Shown: positions 24,846 through 39,310, numbered from the stretch's first letter. The stretch is 64,000 nucleotides of DNA from Lytechinus pictus (GCF_037042905.1 NC_087250.1:13270001-13334000); one strand, 5' to 3'. The notes: generated by a model not told the origin, from the letters alone. Numbers and translations are program-made.

Positions 24846-27665
24846 CCCAGGACCAAAATCCAATTGAAACCAGTTGGATTTCCAACTGGTTTCAATTGGT
24901 TTTAACTGGTTTCAATTGGTTTTAACTGGAATTTAACAATTTCCAGTTGAAACCAATTGAAACCAGTTGGGCAACTGGAAATCCTAACTGGAACCAGTTG
25001 GGTAACTGGAAATGACTTCCAATTGGAAATTATTTCTAACTGGAACCAGTTGAGTAACTGGAAATCCCAACTGGAACCAGTTGGGCAACTGGAAATCCTA
25101 ACTGGAACCAGTTGGGCAACTGGAAATCCTAACTGGAACCAGTTGGGTAACTGGAAATGACTTCCAATTGGAAATTATTTCTAACTGGAACCAGTTGAGT
25201 AACTGGAAATCCCAACTGGAACCAGTTGGGCAACTGGAAATCCTAACTGGAACCAGTTGGGCAACTGGAAATCCTAACTGGAACCAGTTGGGCAACTGGA
25301 AATCCTAACTGGAACCAGTTGGGTAACTGGAAATGACTTCCAACTGGAAATGATTTCTAACTGGAACCAGTTGGGTAACTGGAAATCCTAACTGGAACCA
25401 GTTGGGTAACTGGAAATGACTTCCAATTGGAAATGATTTCTAACTGGAACCAGTTGGGCAACTGGAAATCCTAACTGGGACCAGTTGGGCAACTGGAAAT
25501 GATTTCTAACTGGAACCAGTTGGGTAACTGGAAATCCTAACTTGAACCATGCAATTGTGTAACTGGAAATCCTAACTGGTACCAATTGGGTAACTGCCAC
25601 ACTTTTTAAAGATAAGTATTTAGAATACTTAGCAGTGAAAACCATGTTCATAAATGTTATAGATTATAATTAAAACAGATTAAAGGGTAATTAGTACACC
25701 ACTAACTGTTACCAAATTACATCAAATAAAAATACATATATTTGAAGATCTTCCATATAATATATACATATGAAAGTCTGTATTTTATCAATGCCCTTTA
25801 CATTGGTATTAATAGACATATAATACTACTTCTGTGTTGGCAACAGTGGCGTAACAGGCGGGGGGGCAGGGGGGCAAGTTGCCCCCCCTGGCGGTTTTTT
25901 ACCGGGAAAATAAAAGAAAAACGGGAAAAAGAAAAAAGGAGGGAAAAGGAAAAAAAAGGAGGGAAAAAGAAAGGGAAAGGGGAAGGAAAGGGGAAAAGGA
26001 AAGGAGGAAAAGGAAAGGGAAAGGGAAAAGTGAAAAGAAAACAAAGAAAAAACTTTTTTTTTAATGGAAAAGGAAGGAAAGCGGGAAAATGTACGAAGAA
26101 GAACAATTGAGAAAGAACAAATCATTCTGAAATAGGCCTATGTAATGCAATAGCACGGTGGGAAATAAATTAAAAGATGACAAAATGGCAAATAATAACG
26201 GGAAACGAAAGTAGAATGTAATTATAGTCGAAAGCTAAATTGGAAAACAAAGAAAAGGGACAAGAAAAACAAAATAATAACACGACCGGGCTGCCGATGA
26301 TTGAAATTAAAGAGCGGGAAGAAAGATGGACTGCAAACAACATTTTGCTATAAGCTTGCTAAATTTTATGCAAATAAGCTAAACCTTCAAATGGCTCTAT
26401 AACGCCCCCCCCCCCCGTTCAATCACTGACATACAGGCGCGGGAGGGGGTCTTGGTTCCACATCCAAAAGGAAAAAAAAAAATAATAGGAGACAACGTAT
26501 AATGAAATTAATGGAAACAATGAAATGTGTTATTTGCTGAATATAATGGAAAAATCTATCACATAACTAGAATTCAATTTCAATAGGTTTTTTTTTTCCA
26601 GCTCGCTTTGCACGCTGGCAACTTTTTACAAATTTTTTCCCACATTGCTATGTTTTGCCCCCTCAAAATATTTGCTTCATTACGTAACTGGGTTGAATAA
26701 ATGTGTTGTGTAAAAGCTATATTCTGTATATATGCCCGCGATTTGATTAAAATAGCGGCAATCTGCGAGGTTTAAATGGCTTTGATATCAAGAAGTTCCG
26801 GGCGCTCCGCCCCGGACCCCAACCGCACAGCACTGCGTATGGAAGGGTTGAGCCATGTCCCCAAAAATTTCTACAAACAAGAACAAATATAAAAAAAGGA
26901 GGAAAGATAAGCAAAGGAAAAGTGTAGAATATGATTTTATTTACTGAATATAATGTAAAAAAATAACTCAAAGTTAGATTCTCATGAAAAGGTGATTTTT
27001 TTCTTGCTCGCTTCGCTCGCTCGGTACAGACCACAAAAAAAGGGAATCCAAAGAGAGAATATATTATTCTCTGGATATCATGTCAAAATCTATCACAAAA
27101 ATGGATTTTTGTATCAAAAAGGTCTAAATTTTTGCTCGCTTGCTTCGCTCGCTTGCAACTCTTTTTTATACCATGATATGACCGGGAAATTTTTGGCTCT
27201 TGCCCCCCCTGGCCACCGACCCCTGTTACGCCGCTGGTTGGCAAATGAGCAATAGTTAGTGCAAATGCTAATTAATTTGTAACTAATTAAGTTCATTCCA
27301 ATTAGTTCCAATTGGATCCAGTTGGAAACCAATTGCTTTCAACTGGTTCCAGTTGAAACCAGTTGCCTCCAATTGGTTTCAACTGGAACCAATTGAAACC
27401 AGTTGCCTCCTATTGGATTCAATTGGTTTTAATAGGGAAATTGGAACAACTGCACCTTGCCAACTGGTTCCAGTTGCCCAATTGGTTTTAACTGGAACCA
27501 ATTGGCAACTGGTTTTCAATTGGAACCAATTGGTTTTAACTGGAACCAATTTGCAACTGGTTTTCAATTGGAACCAGTTGTTCCAATTTCCCTATTGAAA
27601 CCAGTTGGCCAACTGGTTTCAATTGGTTTTGCCCTAATTGGTTTTAACTGGATTTTGGTCCTGGG
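24846..27665. mobile_element. Non-autonomous TIR element with subterminal tandem arrays (CMC/EnSpm-like)
   Basis: 17-bp TIR CCCAGGACCAAAATCCA; AACTGGAACCAGTTGGG arrays at 24860-25600 and 27290-27650. Confidence 0.75.
25844..27236. mobile_element. hAT-like element nested in the 24846-27665 element
   Basis: TIR CAGYGGCGTAACAGG, 8-bp TSD GTTGGCAA. Confidence 0.88.
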
Positions 27666-27674
27666 TATATCAGG

Positions 27675-27870
27675 ACCTGGCATGGTGCCATTGGCTGGAT
27701 GGTAGAGCGCCCGCCTCATGAACGGGAGGTCGTGGGTTCGATCCTCGGCCGAGTCTTACCAAAGACTAGTATAAAAATGGGACATTCTACCTTCTTGCTA
27801 GGCGCTCAGCATTTAGATTAGAGAAGGGTAATAATATTATGATATACAGGGCCGACCGGGGCAATTAAAA
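27675..27870 (+). mobile_element. tRNA-derived SINE
   Basis: TGGTAGAGCG A box and GGTTCGATCC B box followed by non-tRNA body ACCAAAGACT...CTTGCTAGGCGCTCAGCA; diverged relative at 54548-54770. Confidence 0.75.
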
Positions 27871-28238
27871 CAAAGGAATAAAAGTGAGTTCAATTCAAAT
27901 CATATATCATTATTATTTATTATGACGTCATTAATACTGAATGAAATGAAAAACAAGAATCAAATCAGCTTCATGAAGGCATATCTCCTGACGCGATCAA
28001 ATTCATCATTTGAAACAGTAAAACAGCCCTAATAATCCTTTCGCCAGTCAAAGAGTTCCAAAAGGTAATATTTCTTCCCCATTTTGAGAAAAGGAAATTC
28101 AGAACTTGCCCTCCCTAAAATCAGTGTTAGATGGCTATACACTTTTGTCAATCAACTATATTAAGGATGTTTGAAATGAGAAGGAGTACACAAAATCATT
28201 TGATCCATGTTCAAAGCAGCAAGCTGAAAAGTATGTCA

Positions 28239-28428
28239 CAGGGGCCGCGGAACGGTTTTCAAAGTGGGGAACGGAGGGGGGGCGGGGGCTGAGCCAAAAG
28301 TGTGGGGGCTGACTGTGCCAAAATAACAATCATATGTTCATTTTTACGTTTTTGTAAATTGTTTTGGAAAAAAAGTGGGGGCTGAAACCCCCCAGCCCCC
28401 CCCCCCCCAACGGCTTCCGCGGCCCCTA
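28239..28428. mobile_element. MITE with 5-bp TSD
   Basis: TIR CAGGGGCCGCGGAA; TGTCA on both flanks. Confidence 0.75.
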
Positions 28429-29023
28429 TGTCAGGCATGCACTTTGTAAAATCAAGGAGATATCACCTACCTCCTTGGTCAAATGCAGGTTTAGACTTTG
28501 TCACATATCGCACTTTTTAATGATTATACAAAGAAGTTTTTGCAAAATGGTCTATTCTCTTTTTTTCCACCTGGATAGGAACTCAATCACTTAAACAAAA
28601 GATATAAAGAAATGTAAGCTTGCCTGGTAATCTCAAAGTAACCATTGTAGTCTATGTTAATTTACAACTGCTAAAGCTCTTATTACATTGTCCATATTAA
28701 GCTTATTGGCTATCATCTGATTCGTTCATGAATACCAATCATGAGTGGACAATTTGTTGTCGTTTTCTTTGATAATGACAATTTTTTTTAAATAACATAT
28801 ATATTATGAATAATCCTGCATTTCTCAATTAAAAAATGAACAAAACAATCATTCTTGACAAATTGAGCAAAAATAAATGAGATCAAATGTGGAGTCGATC
28901 AGAATAATGTTAAGATAAAGATTAGTGTTTATTTGGTGTTGAAGGATCGTTTTTATGTGTTGCGTAACATGCAGATTTTCCATCGGAGCAATTGTCGCCA
29001 GAGCCAACGTCAATCAACCTCTT

Positions 29024-29315
29024 GGGCCCGTATTCTGAAGTCGGGTTTAACTTAAACTCAGGTTTAAAGTTGTGGTTTAAGTATGGGAAGCCAAAAGTAT
29101 CAAAATTTTTATGAAGTTGTATGTTTCTTATGTTTACTGTGCTCTTTCCTGATTCATTGATGGTGAAGACAAACATCTATTCATACTTCCGAGACAATTA
29201 TGAATGATTTGAGAGCCAAATGAGCTGAAGTATGATATCTCTCATGTTAGTGATTTACTTAAACCACAACTTTAAACCTGAGTTTAAGTTAAACCCGACG
29301 TCAGAATACGGGCCC
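29024..29315. mobile_element. MITE with long TIR (about 55 bp)
   Basis: GGGCCCGTATTCTGA-x-GTCGGGTTTAACTTAAACTCAGGTTTAAAGTTGTGGTTTAAGT and its reverse complement. Confidence 0.85.
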
Positions 29316-32300
29316 TAGTCTTTTGTCAATGGCCGTGTCAATGTGCAAAAGTTGACGACTTTCAGAAGAGGCCCTCTTCATTCTCGATCTCATTAATTTC
29401 AATTATTGAGTTTTTACAGGGATACAATGTAAGCTTGCCTGGTACTGCAATCTGTAAAAGAACCACTTTACGAACCTGGGCCCATCTTACGAAGACTTGC
29501 GAATAATATGATCTACCTCGCCTATGGAAAGCCAGGAACATCAACATCTAAACTTCAGAATTGTTCAAAATGTTTTCATATCATCGTGCATACTCTTACA
29601 TTAATAGCTTTCTTGATAATTCAGTAAGCTTCCCCTCTGTTTAAAAAGGACAATGTGCAAATGTCCTGTAGGAAAATAATTTTGACAATGATGGATTTTC
29701 ATTTAGATGAGGTTTACTTGATCAATCACAACTCTATGTAAGATAATACCGTCTAAAATGCGAAGGGTTCCGTAGTCTTGCTCCCAAACATTGAAAATCC
29801 ATGTCATTTTCATCATACTCTCTAGATTTGTAGAGGAATATATTCTAAAGACATTAAATCATTAAAAATATGGGGTCCTTGAGCTCGATTTTAAACTATC
29901 AGTGTCCAAAGTATTCCGAGTTGGCTTGAAACAGCCCAAAATGCGCCGAAAACAAGCAAAAGTCTGATAATAAGGTCTAAAATGACTTGTAAATTAGAAG
30001 TTAATCTACGATTGGGAAAGGTAGTATATATATGAATCACATTTTCTAAAAACTCATTTTGCCTAAATACCTGTTCAGCAATTAAAGCCTGGGGAATTGC
30101 ACATAGTATCCTCTAGAGACAGTGTGATATAACCCCAGCTACAATTATTACAACTTCGAAATTCATTAAAAACATGAAGTTCTCTGTCTTTCAAGTTAAA
30201 ACTTAATACTTTGTTATGAAAATCTACATTCATACCATAAAAGTATGCACAATTGATATAAACAATATAGTGAGTATAATACAGACTCATATAAAACGTC
30301 TTACCGAAAGACGAAATAGTGCTCAGTCTACACACATTTAACATATTCTGAATAAAGCATAAAATCATGAATATATAACACTATGTTTCAAAAAACATAT
30401 ACACTCTATTAAAGTATGTATAAAAATAAATTTCTAATTTCTAGCCTTGAGGCTGATAGTCTTCAGACTTAATACAGTACTCATATACATTCTATAAAAT
30501 AATTACTACACATTCTTTTATATACACAAAAGGTCACATACCGAGTACATTGCTCCAGTTAAGTACAGGCTAATATGTCGTCACATTGTGCAGAGGAATG
30601 TATATTTATATTCATGTAATTATATATTCATGTGTACATATTCATATATTTCATGTATTCATATAATCATATTCATACATATATATTCATATGTTCATAT
30701 ATCCAAATTTTCATATATTCATATATACTCATACATGTTTATAATACATTCATATGTTTAGATATTCATATGTGTATATATTCCAGTGAGTACAACACAA
30801 TGTGCTTATATACATTCAGTCAGAGTGTGATAGTTCAGCTATTTATTTCAGCTTCGTTGTTTATGATCTATTTCATATTTTGGGGGATGAATTTCCGTTT
30901 ACAAAATTGTATGATGCATTTTCTTTTCTTTTATGGTAACTAACAGTCCTGATCCATGTGTTCATATTCAATGTGATTAGTTACACAAAAATCAATAATA
31001 CCCAATATATATATATATATATATATATAAATATATATAAAGCATATTCAAATATAGGCAAGCTCATACATTCATCATATGATCCAATATCATTTTCATA
31101 TGAGCATGATTTGATACATTTACATACATTGCCATGTATATTTTCATATATTCAGAATTGAAATATACTGCTAAGTCTGCTATGCATTACTATACACGTA
31201 CCTGATAAATCATTACTCCTAACGTACTGTACATGATTGAAGTTATTATCAATAAACACTGTACTTAAATGACAATATTTTTGTCTTGGGTCCGACTTCT
31301 GAGAAAAAAAGTGTGCTGAGCCAGAATTAAAAAATGGCCGCCAAAATCACATTTTTGGCCACAACTTCTTTATTTGGTGGTCCTTTTCTCTGATGTTGGT
31401 GTCTATTCATATGTTCTTGGTTGTAGTCAATTTTTTTTAAATTAGTACTTTTAGACCATATTTGTAGTGTAAAAAGGTGATTTTACCTAAATTTACCAAT
31501 TTTAGACCCCTTTTCAGCCAAAAAGTAGGTTTCTTGGTCTTGTAGTTCTTAGATATTAGAAGATACAAGTTGAACAGTAGTAATCAGCTTTGATAGTCTA
31601 AATTGGGGTTTATGGATATTTGCAAAATATATTATCAAATAACAAAATATAATTTATCCATAGGGTTTATACGGTATACAATGTACTGTACATACTACAC
31701 TGCATATATCCATGCATTGACCACCATGACATATGACAAGGCTTGTATAGGAACTATAGTGTCACAGAAGTATTAAAGCTCCCAAGGATTAGAATTACAT
31801 GTAGATATGACATAATTATCTGTCATGTGAATTAGATTGCTTTTTGTACATGATGTAACATATATTGCACATAAACATCACATGTATATCATATGTACAT
31901 TGCATATTCAGACATATCTTCTTCTGTTGTTTCTTTTTAACCTAGTTATGGTGTCTTAACGCTGTGTTTATGGGGTCAGGCTATCTGCTTATGCATACCA
32001 GAATAGCTTAATGCCACCATGTGGGGTTGACTATCAGCCATTGTTAATGATAATTACCTCTCTCCGCCCCCTGATTTAGCATATTTGACAAAATATATCT
32101 TCAATATCTTTAAATAAAACTCTGCTTCCATGTAAAAACGTCCCATGCTCATATACCGTACCTGCACGCATCAGGGGCCTGTCTTACAAAGAAAAGTCAA
32201 CATATAAAATACATGTTTGTTAAACAAATTTATAGATATGAATGTACATGTATATCCATAAATTCATTGATTTCTTGACAATTTGGTGTGTTCTCCTTTG

Positions 32301-32572
32301 TTTACAATTAAGGACATTTTTCATATTTCCTAACATAGAAAAATTGATGACACTGATGGATTTCCATAGAGTTACGATTGATCGAATGAAACGTACCTCT
32401 TTGCAAGACTGCACCCAGATGATCGACCCAAAATGTTCCATCTCTATTATCATCAAGGCAAAAGCCAATCTACCATCACTTTGAACCTCTAACATTTGAC
32501 AGGACCATTGGGTCTTTCCGCATGGATCTTTGCAAGGTCAACAGGGTATCAGAGGCTGAGATTATAGAGAAT

Positions 32573-32800
32573 GGGTGATTTCAAGTTCGGTGTTGACCTT
32601 TTGGTGTTGGTGTTAGGTCAATTTTTACACGATTATAACACCAAACATAAAATGAAGATGGTCCCGAAAAGTCACTCACTAGTTGTTGAGATGTTAATAA
32701 GATGATCTGGATCAGTTTTACAAACTCTGAGTAAGTTTTGGAGCAAGGGGAAGCAATCAAAATTTCAACACCAAGGCCAACACCGGACTTGAAATCACCC
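32573..32800. mobile_element. MITE with AAT TSD
   Basis: TIR GGGTGATTTCAAGT; AAT on both flanks; inverted second copy at 41436-41675, also AAT-flanked. Confidence 0.85.
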
Positions 32801-34150
32801 AATCTGTCTGTGCATCTTAAAGATGATTTTCAAGTTGAGAAAGCAGTGTTTCATTTCCTTGTGAGGAAGAGATAGTGGAAACTGACATGATCGAGGCAAA
32901 CAAAAAGAGGGCCAGAAAGACCCAATGTTCCAGCCAAATCGGTCACTTCCTGTCATCTGGGATGTTAGAAGTTCCAAAAGACGGTATATATATTGCAGAC
33001 ATGCCAACCGTTCCATTTTTAGAGTATTTGTTCCTCTTGTTTGCTATGAATACACCAATACTTTTTTGTATGATTTTTTTACTTCTTTTTAAAATTTACG
33101 ATCATGGAGTATGTATTATACAGAGCGCGTGACACTAGCGCCGGTCCGACAGTCCCAGACCGGTAAAAATCATTGTACAACGCCTACTTAGCTTGTTGTA
33201 CGCGAGCAAATGGGAGGCTGAATGTCAAACATTCGTACCGTTGCACAAAAGACGTACCATCCAAAATGTACCGTTGCACGGCTTTAGGAGGTGACGTCAC
33301 AATACGATTTAATTCATTGCGCTCGATACTGAAATGAACAATACGCGTATAAGCCAGCTGGCTAAATGCGCAAGGCTGCCCAAGGTTATGTGCGCTTGTG
33401 GGATTTTGCTTTCTGCTTTCGGTATTTTTGCTCCCTTTTCATAGATTACTATAGGGATAAACTCTTTGTTTTTTCATATTTTCGCTAAATTCAGAGGCGT
33501 TGTACAACACAAATAGCGAATATTCTTATTCGTGCAATGATGCAAGATTTTGCATTCGGTGAAAGAAAGAAACGCTCTATTCAACTCGGCTCACGCCTCG
33601 TTGAATAGAGCATCTTTCTTTCACCTCATGCAAAATCTCGCACCATCGCACTCTTGCCTATTCGCTATTTGTATACTGTCAGGTCAGTAACTGTAAGTAA
33701 CACAATAAATTCTTGCCTACAAGCACATGTTTAAAAGGGTGAATTATCAAGTTTTCAAGCAGAGTCATTACTCATTTCACATGTTTTTTTTCACCAATCT
33801 CACTACAAAAGGCTGGTGATTGGTACGTTGAGACAAAATGTTAACAATACTCTTTTTTGTCAAAAATACTTTTTTTTTTCTTCTAATAATACTTTTTTTT
33901 GTAGAAGGTTGGCAGGTCTGGTATATAAATTGGCTTTTAGTACCTTGATCATAATAGAGATGGAACATTTTGGGTTGATCATCTGGTGCTTGCAGATACA
34001 TCACTGACAAGCAATCAAACTCACAAGACAGATTTTCTAAACCTCAGGAGCTTACTTCTATGACACTATAGCTTATAAACAGGCCTTGTTATATGTCTTG
34101 GTGATCAATGTCCTTTATCTGCAGTAGCTGGTTGCAAAAAACATATATAT

Positions 34151-34444
<294 letters not shown>

Positions 34445-35586
34445 TTAACACTGTTACGATATAACGGTCAAACCATTTCATATCAAGATTTATGACTAAT
34501 AGACATTAAGTAATTCCCCAAAAGATGTCTCCGTGTATCAGTGTTTCCACTTCTTGACAAATTCATGAAATTTTGAGAAATGTTGACCTTTTCCAGGAAA
34601 CTAAGGCTCGGGAAATGAAAAAAATATTTTTTTAAATCCTAAAATTACAATTAAATAACAATTATCAAAACTCAATATTGATGTTATATCTAGAGAATTG
34701 TTTGCCTCATAGTTCATACGTAGCTCAAAATTTTCTGTTTCTATTCTTAAAAAGTGCATGAACCAAAAAAGGTTAAATTCCTTGATTTTGGTCACCTGCA
34801 TGGACAAAGTTTAGGATTGCTGTATTATTGTCTGATTTTATGTAAAAAATCAAACTTGAAATTCCAGGAAATGTCTTTCGGGGAAATTGGGATTCAGTTT
34901 CGGGAAATTTGTTTTGGATCTTTATAGGAAACAATTCTCTGTAAAGGGATTTTTACTCAAAGCCTGGGGTCAGCAAACAATATGTGACTGTGAGGTGTTT
35001 TTTTTTTTTTTTTGGGGGGGGGAGTTTCAAAAAGATGCAAGTGTGACGTGGAGTCACACTTAAAGCAGATACAAACCAATAGCGCCATCTTGAGTCCTCG
35101 ACTACTCATACCTGGCTTGTTTCCTGAGTCATAATGCTAGCGTAGTCTAGTAATATAGACCCACTTGAATGATAACATGCTAATCAACTACTCAATCCAT
35201 TTATAATGCAATAATTATGTTATACCTACATGTAGTAGCAAAACAATTACTTTTCCTCTCAAAACATTTTAGTTTCTCTACACAAATACAATTAGATAGG
35301 TCAATTTATTCTGTGTAGTATTAGTAGGTATCTGAAAACGTATATTTTAAGACTATGTATTTATAACACACAGTCAATGAGAGACCAAACACAGTTCACT
35401 CCCAATTTAAATTTCATTTGCATGCGGTACATAACGCATCATCATATTGAAAAAATATGTATAAGGTGACGTATCACCTTAAGCATTTGAAATTGTCACA
35501 AGCCATCCATAAAGTTGTGCATAAATTCATGCTTAACTTACAAACAGCTTTGTGACACCAACCTCAGGCAAACAAGTATTCCTTAC

Positions 35587-35701
35587 CATTTTCCTGATGT
35601 AATGCCTCATCAATAAACTTGAAAGCTGTCTCAAAATGTTTCCTGATATTTGATTGGGGGAAGTCCGACACCCCTAAACCCTGAAACTTGATCTTCAAAT
35701 C
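35587..35701 (-). CDS. DUSP3: DUSP3-like, coding exon 3 (general-acid Asp loop)
   Basis: cctatag acceptor, GTAAGG donor, phase 0-1; DLKIKFQGLGVSDFPQSNIRKHFETAFKFIDEALHQENG. Confidence 0.92.
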
Positions 35702-35803
35702 CTATAGGAACAAAGAGTAACACGTACAGGTGAAAGATGCTAAAAAGGCTGTATGGCTCAGTCGGTGAAAAGTGCCTGTTTTGACTAAATTGTTAAAGAT
35801 CAT

Positions 35804-36080
35804 CAGGGCCCCGTCTTACAAAGAGTTACGATTGATCCAATCAATCGTAACTCTATGGAAATCCATCAGTGTCATAATTTTTTCTGCAGGAAATTTGCAA
35901 AATGTCAATTGTAAACAAAGGAGAACACACCAAATTGTCAAGAAATCAATGAAATTATGGATATACATTCAAATCTATAATTTTTTTAAAACAAACATGC
36001 ATTTTATATGTTGACTTTGCTGGCTTTCCATAGTTGCGATTGATCAGATCAATCGCAACTCTTTGTAAGACGGGCCCCTG
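35804..36080. mobile_element. MITE (CWG-flanked family)
   Basis: GGCCCCGTCTTACAAAGAGTT...AACTCTTTGTAAGACGGGCCCC; deleted inverted copy at 32172-32418. Confidence 0.85.
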
Positions 36081-36812
36081 ATCTTGAAGTAGGTTTCGAG
36101 TCCCTACAAAACTGATACTGTCATTTAATTTGCATGAGTGCACCCGCTTGCAGGTTTGAAAGCAGTTGGAAAACACCCTGGCCATCAGAAAGAATGATAA
36201 AGCGAAGACTCTTGCAACTATCAGTCCCCAGGAGTAAAATACTACAAGAATCTTCAGTTCTGAAGGAGGCAGTTGAAGAAGTAGAACACCAGACTCCTAT
36301 TCTTTTCTCTATTTTCACTTCACTTCATTGGAAAGTATATCGACCTCTAATGACCCATTCCCCCTTCTTTACTCGTCACATTGCAAACTCGAGAGGTACA
36401 TATCTCAAATTGGCAATTTGATGAGCTTCTTGATAGTAGGTGCATGGGGGGAGGTGTTTTGTGGAGACCAAGTGATGCCCCCCTCCGGATTTTATGCACA
36501 TCTTATGGTTATATTTTCAAGAAAATGGCACAAATCATGAATGTCCGTCCTGACTCACCCCCTATTGAACAAGCAAAGCACTACACCCATGCAATAATGT
36601 ACATATTTAAAACAAGGCGCATAAATTAATTTATATGCATCGATTTAGAGTGAGCAGTATTTCTCCAAGATGTGCAATGAACCAAAAATATTGAGGGGGC
36701 CAGATAGGCAAATTTTTTTCAAAAAGTTGCGAGTGAGCAAAGCGAGCATGGGCAATTTTCGACCTGCTTAATTAAAAAAATAAGTTTGGGACAAATTTTG
36801 ACATAATATTAA

Positions 36813-37749
36813 GCACGTTCCACAGTTATGTTTGTGCGCATTATGATCTGCGCATATTTTACACTCTGCGCGCTGACGTCACAATGGATGAACAGGTGAT
36901 TAATTAGCTGTGGGTATGAACTGATTTTTCTCATCATCTGCACTCTAACTGCAGATCCGATGCGTTAGTTTATGAAGCTAAAAAACTTAAATTATTCTAT
37001 GGACCATTTAAAAAAACATCTCTACAATTTTAAAATACTTTACTCTGCAGTGCTGCCAAAAATCACGAATATGACCCCGAGTTTGAATAAATGGTAGAGT
37101 GGTTTAGATTTTTTCTTCTCATAGATACAAAGCATTTGGAGCATTTTTGGTGTTTTAAAAAGCACATTTGCTCTAATGAAAATGCTGATAGTTTGAAAAC
37201 AAGCACATGAAGCCCTATTTTTTAATGTTTGCACCTCTTCGGTATACCTTCCTCTACAACTTTGCAAATTTTGGTGAAAATGACATGGATTTTGAATAAA
37301 GTGCAGTGTTTATTGTACTTTTGTAGTTTGTTATTGAAATTTCACTTTTTTGAGATTTGGGTTTTTGTTATGTTTTACGCCATTTTTAAGAACTGACAGT
37401 GCTGTTAGACTTAAAATTGCAAACAAATAGCACTATAAATAGATTCTCCATTCTAACGAAACACTTATTAACTCTCTTGCGAAATTTGATGACTTTTTCA
37501 TGTATTTTGACTGAGTAATAGAGGTTTAAACTCATTGTAGTGATCTTGCGAGGTCTAAAAATGCCAAATTCTTTTGAATGCGCAATCCGTAAGAACATTC
37601 ATTCGGGTGAACTTTGAAGCTCCATAGCAAAAAATCAAGCACATGGACCTATGTTAATTTTTGCATATTTCGAATATTCAGGTTCTAAAGTATCTATGTG
37701 CAAAGTTTGGTGAAAATGACATGGATTTCATTTTAACTGTGGAACGTCC
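36813..37749. mobile_element. Kolobok-like non-autonomous element
   Basis: TTAA TSD; TIR GSACGTTCCACAGTTA; terminal fragment also at about 42040-42087. Confidence 0.8.
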
Positions 37750-38365
37750 TTAAGGAGATATATTCCACCTCTTTTTCTTTTTTTTCCTTTTCTCATTTTT
37801 CTTGTTCATGGAATTTGTCGATAATCCCATGCGTACCCATGCAAGTCCCCCTATCCCCCCTAGTTTGCTACAATCATTGTTCGATTATTCTACAATTTTT
37901 AGTGGCCATCACAGGTGGCTACGGGCCACAATTTCTAGGTCTACATTATTTACGACCATCGCACAATTTCAAGTGATTTTCTGATTTGAATCAAAAATTA
38001 TTTTGATCATTCTCAGTTCAGTTCAGGTTGGTTTATTTTCATATCTCATAAAATATCAAATACAATGTAACGTCCATCGAAAGACAGTAAATCATTGATA
38101 ACAAAATAATACAATACATCACCATAATTCATAATAAATCAGACAAATGTTATACAATCGAACGTTTGGATTGGAGACAGATATATCAATAAGATGAGAA
38201 TATGAAGGGCAAACTATTTAAAAAGCAGAGCTTGTAATTTATAGTTTCCCTATTAATAAAATTATAAAATTCTAGCCTCAAAACTTACCCCACCAGTCAA
38301 AAAAAATATATAGGGATATAAACATAGCCAAAAAGTGGTAGTTTATGATAGTTTGAAGAGCTTAC

Positions 38366-38477
38366 ATCATAAAACGATTGATCCGTGTCCACATGAAAGA
38401 ACTTCCTACCATGAGCACAGTTAAGAACATGGGTGATCCCTAATGACTTTAGCCTCTGCTTGTCTGTTGCGGATGAC
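38366..38477 (-). CDS. DUSP3: DUSP3-like, coding exon 2
   Basis: ccattcag acceptor, GTAAG donor, phase 2-0; ATDKQRLKSLGITHVLNCAHG...VDTDQSFYD. Confidence 0.92.
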
Positions 38478-39053
38478 CTGAATGGCAAGGATAAAATAGA
38501 AATCAGTCCAACATTTCATAAGATTTGCAGTGTGCAATACAAAAGTAAACAAAACATTGCATACCTCTTAGTTAATTTGTGTAACAACACATTAGGTTAT
38601 TCTCAATATGAGATTATAATAAATGAACAGCTTGAAACAAAATGAGAATTGGGTACAAGCAAGGACCAGGTTATATACATGTATGTATCACGCAATCTTT
38701 GTGTGTATCATGAGACATTCTAAATTATTTTGTGCGAACAAATTGAATTTTCATTTGTACCAATCGCATTATGGACAATAAAAATATCTGAATATGAATA
38801 CGAACTTCTGTTCACAACACGGTGGAAACCTTTTCTTTAAGTACTATGATCGCAAATTTTTGAAGTATTTGATTTTAACCCTGCCCCCCCCCCCCAAAAA
38901 AAAAAAAAGAGTACAAGCATAACAATAATAGAATACAAATCAATACAGTACAATGTTAAAATCCCTATGAATGGTCAGAGGAGAGATCACAAAAGGCACA
39001 ACTAACCCCAAAATAAAAAATGACGCCCAACAGCAAGCATGCACATAGAGAGA

Positions 39054-39310
39054 CGGTTGTGTGGTCTGATGGTTAGAGCACTGGACCCATAATAATTGAA
39101 CGGTTGTGATTTCAAATCCCAGCTCTGCCATAATCTCCACTTTCACCAAAAAATGGCCCAAGAGTAATTTTTGTCGTCTATAACGGTGAGCCACTATGAC
39201 TGATTAACCTAGACGTAAAATATTATATATTGGTTACATAGCAGCTTGGCGTTGGTGAGGCAGAAAACCGTTCTTTGCTGAACTCTTATGGGAGTTACCT
39301 AAACAGAAGG
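39054..39310 (+). mobile_element. tRNA-derived SINE, same family as 16160-16447
   Basis: Decayed A/B boxes plus shared body GTCGTCTATAA...ACTATGACTGATTAACCTAGACGTAAAAT. Confidence 0.75.

Noticed and set aside
24957..27705. Repetitive ORFs (QLEILTGTSW, NWNQL) and Lys/Gly- or Phe/Pro-rich ORFs
   Set aside because: Translations of transposon tandem arrays and a purine-rich tract; no splice or domain support
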